A stretch of DNA of 64,000 nucleotides, taken from NCBI GenBank assembly GCA_963663165.1, contig OY760175.1, positions 3,776,001 to 3,840,000 on the forward strand, in the 5' to 3' direction. The notes beneath the pieces were generated by a model. It was not told where the DNA came from. It worked only from the letters and a program-made list of their open reading frames with translations, and searched no databases. Below, piece by piece: positions 48,294 through 57,276 of this stretch. The position numbers and the translations under genes are program-made. Each line of letters opens with the position of its first letter. Position 1 is the first letter of the stretch. The stretch is from an uncultured Desulfospira sp. GTDB lineage: Bacteria > Desulfobacterota > Desulfobacteria > Desulfobacterales > Desulfobacteraceae.

Positions 48294-50447
48294 ATGGGTA
48301 TAAGGAATATGCGAAACCGCACAATAACCACAAATGACCTGATCAAAGCCAAAATTCCCGGAAAGGATACCGGGATTGATATCCGGCCGACCAACTGCGC
48401 CATCTGCACCCAGAACTGCGGCATTAATGCCTATGTCAAAGACGGTATGGTGGTTAAAATTGAAGGGACCCCTGAAAACAGCGCCACCGGGGGAAAACTC
48501 TGCTGCAAAGGCGCGGCAAACCGGCAGTATATCTACCATAACGACCGCATCCGATCCCCCATGTTAAGGAAGGGGAAATCCGGTACGTTAACAGCCGTCT
48601 CCTGGGATGAGGCCATGGATTTTTTTGCCCGGAACCTGCTGAAAATCAAGGCAGAATCCGGACCTGAATCCGTGGTTTTCTTCGCCGGATATCCCAAGCG
48701 GTTCCGGCCTTTTCTAAAAAGGCTTGCCCTTGGGTTCGGCAGTCCCAATTACTGTTCAGAGTCCAGCACCTGCTTTTTTGCAACGGTCATGGCCAATAAA
48801 CTCAACTACGGCATGGGCGGCGGGCCGGATATGGCCCATACCCAGTGTCTGATGGTCTGGAGCGCCAATCCCTTTCATTCTAAAACATCGGCAGCCAAAA
48901 GCCTGGTCACCGCCATTGAAAACGGCCTGAAAATCATAGAGGTCGGGCCAATGATCACCCCGATCTCCCGCCACGCACAGTTTCATCTTAAGCTGCGGCC
49001 CGGCACATCCGGGGCATTGGCCCTGGGGATGGCCCATGTGATCATGGAAGAAAATCTCTATGACCGCGACTTCATTGAGAACTGGACCGTTGGGTTTGAT
49101 GAGTTTAAAGCCTATGCCAAAGAATTTACCCCGGCGGCTGTCCAACAGATCACATCGGTCCCGGCCAAGGATATCATCGGGGCGGCACGGCTTTTTGCCA
49201 CCGTAAAACCCGCGGCCATCCTGAGTGGGGCCAGCCCCACGGTTCACCACACCAATGGCGTCCAGAATCACCGGGCCATCACGGCCCTCATCGGCCTGAC
49301 CGGGAATTTTGACCGGCCCGGCGGCAATCACCCGGTTCCCACATCCTATTATCACCAGCCCACAGGCCTGGTCACCCGGGAACATGAATTTGAACAGGTC
49401 CGGCCCTTTGAAGAGATGCCGCCGAGAATCGGCCAGGATGTTCATCCGGTCTGGTGTAAACTGGTCCACGAAGCCCAGTCCATGCATATCCCCTTTCAGA
49501 TCAACAGCCAAAAGCCCTATCCCATCAAGGCCATGGTGGGGTTTGGCTTGAATTACCGCATGTGGCCCGGCTCTGATCATATGCGGGACAGCCTGAAAAA
49601 ACTGGATTTTCTGGTGGTCACAGACCTTTTCATGACCGATACGGCAAAGCTTGCGGACCTGGTGCTTCCGGCATGCAGCTCTTTTGAAAAAAGTGATCTT
49701 CGCATCTGGCCCAACCGGTACGCCCTCTGGTCCCAGCCGGCCATTGATCCGGTAGGAGAATCCCGGCCCGACGCGGATATCATTATTGAAATGGCGGACC
49801 GGCTCGGCCTGAAGGATGAGCTGATGCAAAAGGGCCCAGAGGCCTGTCTGGACTGGATGTTTAAACCTTCGGGCATCACCGTTGAACAGATCCGAAAACA
49901 CCCCAAAGGGTGTCAGATCGACCGCCCCATGCCAGGGTATGAAAAATACAAAAAAACCGGCTTTCCCACCCCCTCGGGGAAGATGGAATTTTCATCGTCC
50001 ATTCTCAAAGAGGCCGGGGTTGACCCCCTTCCCACATATACGGAGCCCAAGCACAGCCCGGTATCAACGCCTGACATTGCCCGGGATTTCCCCTTTATCC
50101 TGTCCACGGGCTCCCGGCTGCCCATGTTTGTCCACTCCAGAACCTTCCGGCTTTCCTCAACCCGGCGGCTTCGGCCGGACCCCATGGTGGACATCAATCC
50201 CACAGATGCCAAAGCCAAAGGGATATCCCAGGCAGATCCGGTGATATTGTCCACCCCCCGGGCTTCCATGACCGTGAAAGCCAACCTCACCCAACGGGTG
50301 CCGCCCGGGGTGCTGGCCATGCTTCACGGATACCCGGAAGCGGATATTAATGAGCTCATTGACCCGGACTACCGGGACCCTGTTTCAGGGTTTCCGGGAT
50401 TCAAGTCCCTGTTAGGCAATATTGAAAAGATAGAGAATGGAGAGTAA
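48294..50447 (+). CDS. cytoplasmic Mo/W-bisPGD oxidoreductase catalytic subunit (DMSO reductase superfamily)
   Basis: CAICTQNC...LCCKG FeS motif; LRPGTSGALA; DLFMTDTAKLADLVLP; FPTPSGK; no twin-arginine leader. Alternative start at 48309. Confidence 0.92.
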   Translation: MGIRNMRNRTITTNDLIKAKIPGKDTGIDIRPTNCAICTQNCGINAYVKDGMVVKIEGTPENSATGGKLCCKGAANRQYIYHNDRIRSPMLRKGKSGTLTAVSWDEAMDFFARNLLKIKAESGPESVVFFAGYPKRFRPFLKRLALGFGSPNYCSESSTCFFATVMANKLNYGMGGGPDMAHTQCLMVWSANPFHSKTSAAKSLVTAIENGLKIIEVGPMITPISRHAQFHLKLRPGTSGALALGMAHVIMEENLYDRDFIENWTVGFDEFKAYAKEFTPAAVQQITSVPAKDIIGAARLFATVKPAAILSGASPTVHHTNGVQNHRAITALIGLTGNFDRPGGNHPVPTSYYHQPTGLVTREHEFEQVRPFEEMPPRIGQDVHPVWCKLVHEAQSMHIPFQINSQKPYPIKAMVGFGLNYRMWPGSDHMRDSLKKLDFLVVTDLFMTDTAKLADLVLPACSSFEKSDLRIWPNRYALWSQPAIDPVGESRPDADIIIEMADRLGLKDELMQKGPEACLDWMFKPSGITVEQIRKHPKGCQIDRPMPGYEKYKKTGFPTPSGKMEFSSSILKEAGVDPLPTYTEPKHSPVSTPDIARDFPFILSTGSRLPMFVHSRTFRLSSTRRLRPDPMVDINPTDAKAKGISQADPVILSTPRASMTVKANLTQRVPPGVLAMLHGYPEADINELIDPDYRDPVSGFPGFKSLLGNIEKIENGE

Positions 50448-50449
50448 CC

Positions 50450-50974
50450 ATGGCCCAACTGACCTTTACATTTGATTTTTCAAGGTGTTCCGGATGCTAT
50501 GCCTGTGTGACGGCCTGTCAGGACCAGAATGATTTTACGGGCAATGAAACGGCCTTCAGACATGTGACCGCTTTAGAAACTGGGGAGTTCCCCGATGCCC
50601 GGATTTCATATTTTTCCATATCCTGTCTGCATTGCGGAGACCCCCAGTGTCTTACGGTCTGCCCGGTGAATGCCATTTATAAAGATGAAAAGAACGGCAT
50701 TGTCCGGGTAGAGCGGGATCTGTGCATCGGATGCCGCAGCTGTGAGCTGGTCTGTCCTTTCGGGGCGCCCAAGTTTGCCCATGACCGGCTGATGGCAAAG
50801 TGTGACATGTGTACCCTGAGAATGAAACACAACCTGGCCCCGGCCTGTGTTCGTGCCTGCCCCACAGAAGCGTTGGGCATCCAGGCCGTTGATGATGCAT
50901 CAGAACAAAAGGCGGAATCGGCATCCATCCAGATCCTCAAAGCGGCGGCGGCCGGCACCCTGGGGAAAGACTAA
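50450..50974 (+). CDS. 4x[4Fe-4S] electron-transfer subunit (DmsB-like)
   Basis: CSGCYACVTAC, CLHCGDPQCLTVCP, CIGCRSCELVCP, KCDMC..PACVRACP. Confidence 0.93.
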   Translation: MAQLTFTFDFSRCSGCYACVTACQDQNDFTGNETAFRHVTALETGEFPDARISYFSISCLHCGDPQCLTVCPVNAIYKDEKNGIVRVERDLCIGCRSCELVCPFGAPKFAHDRLMAKCDMCTLRMKHNLAPACVRACPTEALGIQAVDDASEQKAESASIQILKAAAAGTLGKD

Positions 50975-50975
50975 A

Positions 50976-52199
50976 ATGGAATCACACGGCCCCATGGTCA
51001 TCATCGGGAACGGCGGTGCCGGGATAGCGGCCGTTAAGGCGTTGCGGTCCGCCGGGTTTTCAGGCGAGATCTGTATGGTGTCCAACACAAAGGGACCGGC
51101 CTTTAACCCCATGCTGGCACCGTATTTTTTAAAAGGGGCCATTCCCTGGGACAGGTGTTTCCCCTTAGCAAAGGATTTTTATAACACATACCAGGTCAAT
51201 TGCTGCTTTGGCAACCCCGTCAGCCACATGGATACTACGGCCAATGTTATTTTTCTGGCCGACAATTCAGTTGTGCCATATGGCAAATGCCTGATTGCCA
51301 CCGGGGCTAACCCTGTGATCCCCCCGGTGCCCGGGCTTGCTGAATCTTCAAAGGCCTTTGCCTTGCGCACCGCAGCCCATACCCGGGTCCTTGGAAAAGA
51401 GATGGCATCAGCCAAAACCGTGGTGATCATGGGGGCCTCCCTTGTGGGCCTTAAGCTTGCCGAAATCCTGACCAAAAGAAAGATCAGGGTGATCTTAGTG
51501 GATATTGCGCCCCAAATGTTTGCTCAAGGGGCCCACCCCGAAACGGCGGCGCACCTTGAAACCTATTTTAAACAGCACGGGGTAGATACCCGATTGGGAT
51601 GCGGCATTGACCAGCTTGAAGATACCCCCAAAGGGGTTATCTGTTCCATCTGCGAAGAGGCGGTTGCGGCGGATTTGGTGGCGGTCTGCACGGGCATTCG
51701 CCCCAATATGGACTTTTTAAGCGATTCGTCCCTGGTTACGGAACAGGCCATCTGTGTGGATGAAAGCATGCAGACCAGTATTCAGGGAATATATGCGGCC
51801 GGGGATGTCTGCCAGGGCAATCACCTTCTTTCCGGCGAGAGCCAATGGCTCGGGACTTGGGGAAACGCCTGTCTCCAGGGCCGAACGGCCGGCTTGAACA
51901 TGGCCGGAGCCGATAAAAAATATTTTGGCAACATCCCCCAGCATATCAGCCCGATTTTTGACTGGAACTATGCCCAGATGGGACAGGTGAATTTCAAAAC
52001 CGACGATGTTGAACTCATCCGCCGGGGAAATCCCTTTAAGGGCCCCTACTACCTGCTGGCATTCCTAAACCATGTCCTGGTCGGTGCCAATCTCATCAAC
52101 TGCACCCATCAGGCCGGTATCATCCGGGGGCTGATCCTGCGACAGGAAAGCTTTCACAAGAGGGATAAACAAACATTTTTTCAGCGTCTGTTCAGCTGA
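50976..52199 (+). CDS. NAD(P)/FAD-dependent oxidoreductase (pyridine nucleotide-disulfide family)
   Basis: GNGGAG, IATGA, GASLVG, TSIQGIYAAGD. Confidence 0.9.
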   Translation: MESHGPMVIIGNGGAGIAAVKALRSAGFSGEICMVSNTKGPAFNPMLAPYFLKGAIPWDRCFPLAKDFYNTYQVNCCFGNPVSHMDTTANVIFLADNSVVPYGKCLIATGANPVIPPVPGLAESSKAFALRTAAHTRVLGKEMASAKTVVIMGASLVGLKLAEILTKRKIRVILVDIAPQMFAQGAHPETAAHLETYFKQHGVDTRLGCGIDQLEDTPKGVICSICEEAVAADLVAVCTGIRPNMDFLSDSSLVTEQAICVDESMQTSIQGIYAAGDVCQGNHLLSGESQWLGTWGNACLQGRTAGLNMAGADKKYFGNIPQHISPIFDWNYAQMGQVNFKTDDVELIRRGNPFKGPYYLLAFLNHVLVGANLINCTHQAGIIRGLILRQESFHKRDKQTFFQRLFS

Positions 52200-52207
52200 C
52201 AGCAAAT

Positions 52208-52290
52208 GGGATCAAAATGGGGCCGCTAAGAGTAGTTTTGGCAAATGATGAAAGGTTTTTAACATACTTGGTTCGACCCTGTTTTAAAAC
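52208..52290. mobile_element. 83-bp MITE (ATCAAAATGGGGCCG end family) with 9-bp target duplication
   Basis: ACAGCAAAT at 52199-52207 and 52291-52299; left end homologous to 63655-63700. Confidence 0.6.
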
Positions 52291-52309
52291 ACAGCAAATT
52301 GTGCACAGG

Positions 52310-52642
52310 TTCATGCAAATACCCTAACCTTAATTTTTTTTCATTTTGCATTGCCTGCCATAAATCATACTGAGTTTGTTGGATAAGCCAGCTTTCTGCG
52401 CTTCCGCCAAAAGCCTTGGAAAGCCTTATGGCCATTTCCGGTGAAATCCCTGCATGACCATTAAGCAAAGCGGATGGTGAAGCCTCAATCCCGGCAAATC
52501 CATATCATCAGTACATTGGCTTGCGTCCAATCTTGCAAGGATAATTCTCAATCGATTCGCATATTCCGGATTAATCCCCTGGTGATTTCCAGCCTGATAA
52601 AATTTTTTAAGTCCGTCCGGGAATGAGAAATTAAGGATAATC
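52310..52642 (-). pseudogene. higBA: higBA toxin-antitoxin remnant (internal deletion)
   Basis: HigB N-part GLKKFY..G...RLRIILARLD..DMDLPGLRLH joined at ~52476 to HigA C-part SALLNGHAGISPEMAIRLSKAFG.SAESWL..Q..YDLW. Confidence 0.8.
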
Positions 52643-52652
52643 TCCAAAAAAT

Positions 52653-52737
52653 TGGACTTGGGACTTGGGATATGGGACTTGGGGATTGCAGTATCCACGG
52701 CCTACCCAAGTCCCATATCCCATATCCCAAGTCCCCA
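52653..52737. repeat. inverted heptamer arrays (GGGACTT/GGGATAT)n forming a hairpin
   Basis: GGACTTGGGACTTGGGATATGGGACTTGGG...CCCAAGTCCCATATCCCATATCCCAAGTCCC. Confidence 0.85.
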
Positions 52738-52846
52738 TTTTATACATTATTATCCTTATCATCGAAATTGAAATCACCGGCAGGCAAGTTACGTGCGATC
52801 ACCCTGGCGTTTAACTGATCAAGGATTCTATTCCGTATCTTTTTAT

Positions 52847-52939
52847 TTATATGAAAGTCTCACTAAGGTCCTGAAAAGACTTTCAATATTTGTTGTGGGC
52901 GGCTCTTGGTTGGATAACCAAAGCGGCCCGTGGCCGTTA
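52847..52939 (-). repeat. 90-bp two-hairpin repeat, copy 4 (reverse)
   Basis: Reverse complement of 6547-6639; TTATATGA occurs at both ends. Confidence 0.9.
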
Positions 52940-53071
52940 TATGATAGACAATTGATTTCATGAGGGTTAAACGGTGAGGTTTCACCATGTCGTCTTCCCA
53001 AGAGTTTTCTACAAAACAATCGGTAAATATACTACTTGATAAAATCCGACTAAACTGAAAAACTATCCGGC

Positions 53072-55867
53072 ATGAAAACCGAACAACAGACAAGAGCACA
53101 GTTGATTGACAAGCAGCTTGAAAGGGCAGGATGGAATATTGATGACCCTGCTCAGGTTGTACAGGAATACGATATCCTTGTTGATCTTCCTGAAGGCGTT
53201 GCCGAGGCCCAAACACCATACCAGGGCCATCAGTTCAGCGACTATGTTCTTTTAGGGAAAAACGGCAAACCTCTGGCTGTTGTGGAAGCAAAAAAAACCA
53301 GTAAAAATGCTAGAATTGGCAGGGAGCAGGCAAAACAGTACTGCTACAATATCCAGAAGCGAACCGGTGGCTCTTTGCCTTTCTGTTTTTATACAAACGG
53401 ATTGGAAACTTATTTCTGGGACCTTGAGAACTATCCCCCCCGGAAAGTGGTCGGCTACCCCACATTGGATGATCTGGAGCGGCTGAATTATATCCGGCAG
53501 AATCGTAAACCGCTGACCCGGGAATTGATCAACACCGATATTGCCGGACGGGACTATCAGATCCGGGCCATCCGTTCCGTTCTTGAAGGGATGGAAAGAA
53601 AGAGACGATCGTTTCTGCTGGTCATGGCCACCGGAACCGGGAAAACCCGGACCAGCATTGCGCTGGTCGATGCCCTGATGCGTGCCGGCCATGCGGAAAG
53701 AATCCTGTTTCTCGTGGATCGTATCGCATTGCGGGAGCAGGCATTAAATGCCTTTAAAGAGCATCTGCCCAACGAACCCAGATGGCCTAATGTGGGTGAG
53801 AAGCTGATCCGTGTGGATCGCAGAATTTATGTCTCCACATATCCCGGCATGCTCAACATCATCCGCAATGAGAGCCGGTATTTATCCCCCTATTTTTTTG
53901 ATTTTATTTTTATTGATGAAAGCCATCGCTCCATTTACAACACCTACGGCGAAATCCTGGACTATTTCAAGACCATTCACTTAGGGATGACAGCAACCCC
54001 CACAAGTCTCATTGATCACAACACCTTTTCCCTGTTTGATTGTGAGGATGGACTGCCGACATTTGCCTATACATTTGAAGAGGCTGTCAACAACACGCCC
54101 CCGTACCTGAGCAACTTCCAGGTGATGAAAATCCAGACCAGATTCCAGGCGGACGGTATCAGTAAGCGAACCATTGCCCTGGAGGACCAGAAAAAACTGA
54201 TGCTGGACGGGGTGGATATCGAAGAGATCAATTTTGAAGGCACCCAGCTTGAGAAAAAGGTGATCAACCGGGGAACCAACACCCTGATTGTAAAAGAATT
54301 CATGGAAGAATGCATCAAAGATCAAAACGGAGTGCTGCCGGGCAAGACCATCTTCTTTTGCTCTTCAAAAGCCCATGCCCGGCGCATGGAAGAGGTGTTT
54401 GATGCCCTTTTCCCGCAATATAACGGGGAACTTGCCAAGGTCATGGTGTCTGATGACCCCAGGGTGTACGGCAAAGGAGGGCTGTTAGACCAGTTCACCA
54501 ACCAGGATATGCCCCGGGTTGCCATCAGTGTGGATATGCTGGACACAGGCATTGATGTCCGGGAGATCGTCAATCTCTGTTTTGCCAAACCAGTCTATTC
54601 CTACACCAAATTCTGGCAGATGATCGGCCGGGGCACCCGTCTTCTGGAACCTGCCAAAGCCAAGCCCTGGTGCATTGAAAAGCAGCTCTTTTTGATCATG
54701 GACTGCTGGGATAATTTTGAGTATTTCAAGCTGACGCCGGACGGCAAACAAATTGATCCGGGCCTGCCGCTGCCGGTCAGGCTGTTCGGTATCAGGCTGG
54801 ACAAGATTGAAACAGCCATGCACCTTGCCGAAGAAGATATTACCCAAAAAGAGATTAAGGCCCTTCGCGGGCAAGTCGATCAACTGCCGGCCTCCTCTGT
54901 GGTCATTAAAGAGGCGGCAGAGCCATTGGATCGCCTGGCAGAAGACAATTTCTGGATTCATCTGGATCAGGAGAAATTTGAATTTCTGCGCACCCGTATC
55001 AAACCGCTGTTCAGAACCGTTTCCGATACGGACTTCAAGGCCATGCGGTTTGAAAAGGATGTGCTTGAGGTCTCCATTGCCCGGCTTTCAAACGACAAAA
55101 AACGGTTTGAGGCCTTAAGATCCGGTGTCATCGCCCAGATCGGTGAACTGCCTTTGTCCGTACATATTGTAAGAAGGCAACAGGCATTGATTGAAAAATC
55201 CCAGAAAGAAAGCTTCTGGGCCGATGTCTCTGACGGCGCACTGGATCTTCTTGTGGAAAAGCTTGGCCCTTTGATGAAGTTCAGGGAAAAGGAGAACCCT
55301 TCTTCCCCCATTGAACTGGATCTCAAAGACAAGGTAAAGCAAAAAGAGTATGTTGAATTCGGGCCCCAGCATGAAGCCGTCAGCATTACCCGGTATAAGG
55401 AGATGGTGGAAGCCGGAATCCTGGCTTTGATGGAAAACAACCCGGTGCTGTTGAAAATTAAGGAAAACAAACCGGTTTCCCCAACCGATATCCAGACCCT
55501 GGCCGAGGTTCTGACCAACACCCATCCCCACATTACCGAAGCGTTGTTGAAAAAAGTGTATCAGCGGCCCAATGCCAGATTTATCCAGTTCATCCGCCAT
55601 ATCTTGGGGGTGGAACACCTTGAATCCTTCTCCCACACCGTTACAAAAGCCTTTGATCAGTTCATTCATTCCCACTCGGATTTGAACTCCAGGCAACTGG
55701 AATTTTTAAGGCTGCTCAAGGAGTTCATCCTTGAACGGGAAAAAGTAGAGAAAAAAGATTTGATCCAGTCTCCTTTTACCGTGATTCATCCCCAGGGTAT
55801 CCGGGGGGTATTCAGTCCGGCCGTTATCAATGAGATCCTGGCACTGACCCGGGAGCTGGCCGCATGA
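53072..55867 (+). CDS. hsdR: type I restriction enzyme R subunit (EcoAI/EcoEI-like)
   Basis: SDYVL..VVEAKK nuclease motif; MATGTGKT; DESH; MLDTGID; QMIGRGTR. Confidence 0.93.
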   Translation: MKTEQQTRAQLIDKQLERAGWNIDDPAQVVQEYDILVDLPEGVAEAQTPYQGHQFSDYVLLGKNGKPLAVVEAKKTSKNARIGREQAKQYCYNIQKRTGGSLPFCFYTNGLETYFWDLENYPPRKVVGYPTLDDLERLNYIRQNRKPLTRELINTDIAGRDYQIRAIRSVLEGMERKRRSFLLVMATGTGKTRTSIALVDALMRAGHAERILFLVDRIALREQALNAFKEHLPNEPRWPNVGEKLIRVDRRIYVSTYPGMLNIIRNESRYLSPYFFDFIFIDESHRSIYNTYGEILDYFKTIHLGMTATPTSLIDHNTFSLFDCEDGLPTFAYTFEEAVNNTPPYLSNFQVMKIQTRFQADGISKRTIALEDQKKLMLDGVDIEEINFEGTQLEKKVINRGTNTLIVKEFMEECIKDQNGVLPGKTIFFCSSKAHARRMEEVFDALFPQYNGELAKVMVSDDPRVYGKGGLLDQFTNQDMPRVAISVDMLDTGIDVREIVNLCFAKPVYSYTKFWQMIGRGTRLLEPAKAKPWCIEKQLFLIMDCWDNFEYFKLTPDGKQIDPGLPLPVRLFGIRLDKIETAMHLAEEDITQKEIKALRGQVDQLPASSVVIKEAAEPLDRLAEDNFWIHLDQEKFEFLRTRIKPLFRTVSDTDFKAMRFEKDVLEVSIARLSNDKKRFEALRSGVIAQIGELPLSVHIVRRQQALIEKSQKESFWADVSDGALDLLVEKLGPLMKFREKENPSSPIELDLKDKVKQKEYVEFGPQHEAVSITRYKEMVEAGILALMENNPVLLKIKENKPVSPTDIQTLAEVLTNTHPHITEALLKKVYQRPNARFIQFIRHILGVEHLESFSHTVTKAFDQFIHSHSDLNSRQLEFLRLLKEFILEREKVEKKDLIQSPFTVIHPQGIRGVFSPAVINEILALTRELAA

Positions 55868-57267
55868 TCCACAGGAAAACAACGCCTGAAGAACTGGCCC
55901 TGGTGCTTGAAGAAGGGGAAGGCTACACCCTGGAATTCAAACAGAATGTAAACGCTGATCTGGCAAAGGAACTTGTGGCCTTTGCCAATGCCTCCGGCGG
56001 CCGGATTTTGATCGGTGTCAATGACGACAACCGGATTGTGGGCTGCAAATTCTCAAATGTCCTTTTTTCCAATATCGAAACCATGGCAGCGGCCTGCGAT
56101 CCGCCGGTGACCATCTTCATTGAAAAACTGCCGGATCAAAAAATCATTGTCATCCATGTACCCGAAGGGGCCAACCGCCCCCACCGGTGCACCAAGGGGT
56201 TTTATCTAAGAAACGGGGCCAGTTCCCATAAGATGAGTACCGCCGACATCACCGCTTTTATCCAGTCCGAAGGAAAGGTCCGGTTTGATCAGCAGCTAAG
56301 GATGGACCTGGATTGGAAAGAGGTGCTTGACCCATCCCGCCTGGAACACTTTTTGTCCCTCACCGGCATTACCCAGAGAACAGGTGCTCAAAACCTGCTG
56401 TTCAATCTGGGGGCGGGTGATGAAAAAGAGGGACAGTTCTACCTGAACCAAACCGGCATTCTCTTTTTTGCCAAAGATCCGGCCGCAAGACAGCCCTTTG
56501 TCAATGTGGTCTGTGCCCTGTTTAAAGGCACCACCAAAGCCTATATCCTGGACCGTAAGGAACTTGCCGGCAATATCCTTGAAAATGTTGAAGATGCCCT
56601 GCTGTTTTTAAAAAAGCATCTCCAGCTTCGATGGGAGATCACCAGCGACAGCCCCCGCCGCCGGGAGATCCTGGAGCTGCCGGAAGTGGCCCTGCGAGAA
56701 GCCGTGGTCAATGCTGTCTGCCACCGGGATTATTTTGAGCAGGGTGCCCAGGTCATGGTGGAGATTTTTGATGACCGGGTGGAGATCCACAACCCCGGCG
56801 GTCTGCCAAGGGGGTTGCCGGAAAAGGATTTCGGCAAACGAAGTGTCTGCCGCAACCCCAATATCGCAGCCCTGCTGTTGCGGTGCGACTATATTGAAAA
56901 GATGGGCACCGGCATTGAGCGCATCTATGACGCCCTTAAAAATGAAAACTGCCCCCCGGTAAAAATCGAATACGACAGGTTGTTTTCCCTTGTATTTTCA
57001 AGGCCAAGTTATATAACCCCACGGGATGCGGAAAAAACTAGGGACAAACCTGGGGAGACCCCCCGGGAGAAAACTAGGAAGAAAACCCGGGAGATCATTC
57101 TTGAGTTAATCCGCAAAACGCCGGATATCACCATGGCCCGGCTGGCTGAACAGACCGGGTTGACACCCAAGGGCATCGAATGGCAGATTGCACAGCTCAA
57201 AAAAAACGGTCTTCTTGAGCGGGTGGGGCCGGATAAAGGCGGGTACTGGAAAATAAAAGAGAGCTAA
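55864..57267 (+). CDS. AlbA_2 (Schlafen-like) + HATPase_c_4 + wHTH protein
   Basis: GEGYTLEFK..AFANASGG.ILIGV; ALREAVVNAVCHRDY; NPGG; RNPNIA; EKMGTGI; ERVGPDKGGYW. Confidence 0.9.
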   Translation: MIHRKTTPEELALVLEEGEGYTLEFKQNVNADLAKELVAFANASGGRILIGVNDDNRIVGCKFSNVLFSNIETMAAACDPPVTIFIEKLPDQKIIVIHVPEGANRPHRCTKGFYLRNGASSHKMSTADITAFIQSEGKVRFDQQLRMDLDWKEVLDPSRLEHFLSLTGITQRTGAQNLLFNLGAGDEKEGQFYLNQTGILFFAKDPAARQPFVNVVCALFKGTTKAYILDRKELAGNILENVEDALLFLKKHLQLRWEITSDSPRRREILELPEVALREAVVNAVCHRDYFEQGAQVMVEIFDDRVEIHNPGGLPRGLPEKDFGKRSVCRNPNIAALLLRCDYIEKMGTGIERIYDALKNENCPPVKIEYDRLFSLVFSRPSYITPRDAEKTRDKPGETPREKTRKKTREIILELIRKTPDITMARLAEQTGLTPKGIEWQIAQLKKNGLLERVGPDKGGYWKIKES

Positions 57268-57276
57268 GAAAACACC

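Noticed and set aside
48294..50447. Acetylene hydratase, formate dehydrogenase or DMSO reductase assignment
   Set aside because: Lacks the Asp in the first FeS motif, a Sec/Cys-His FDH motif, a Tat signal and a membrane anchor
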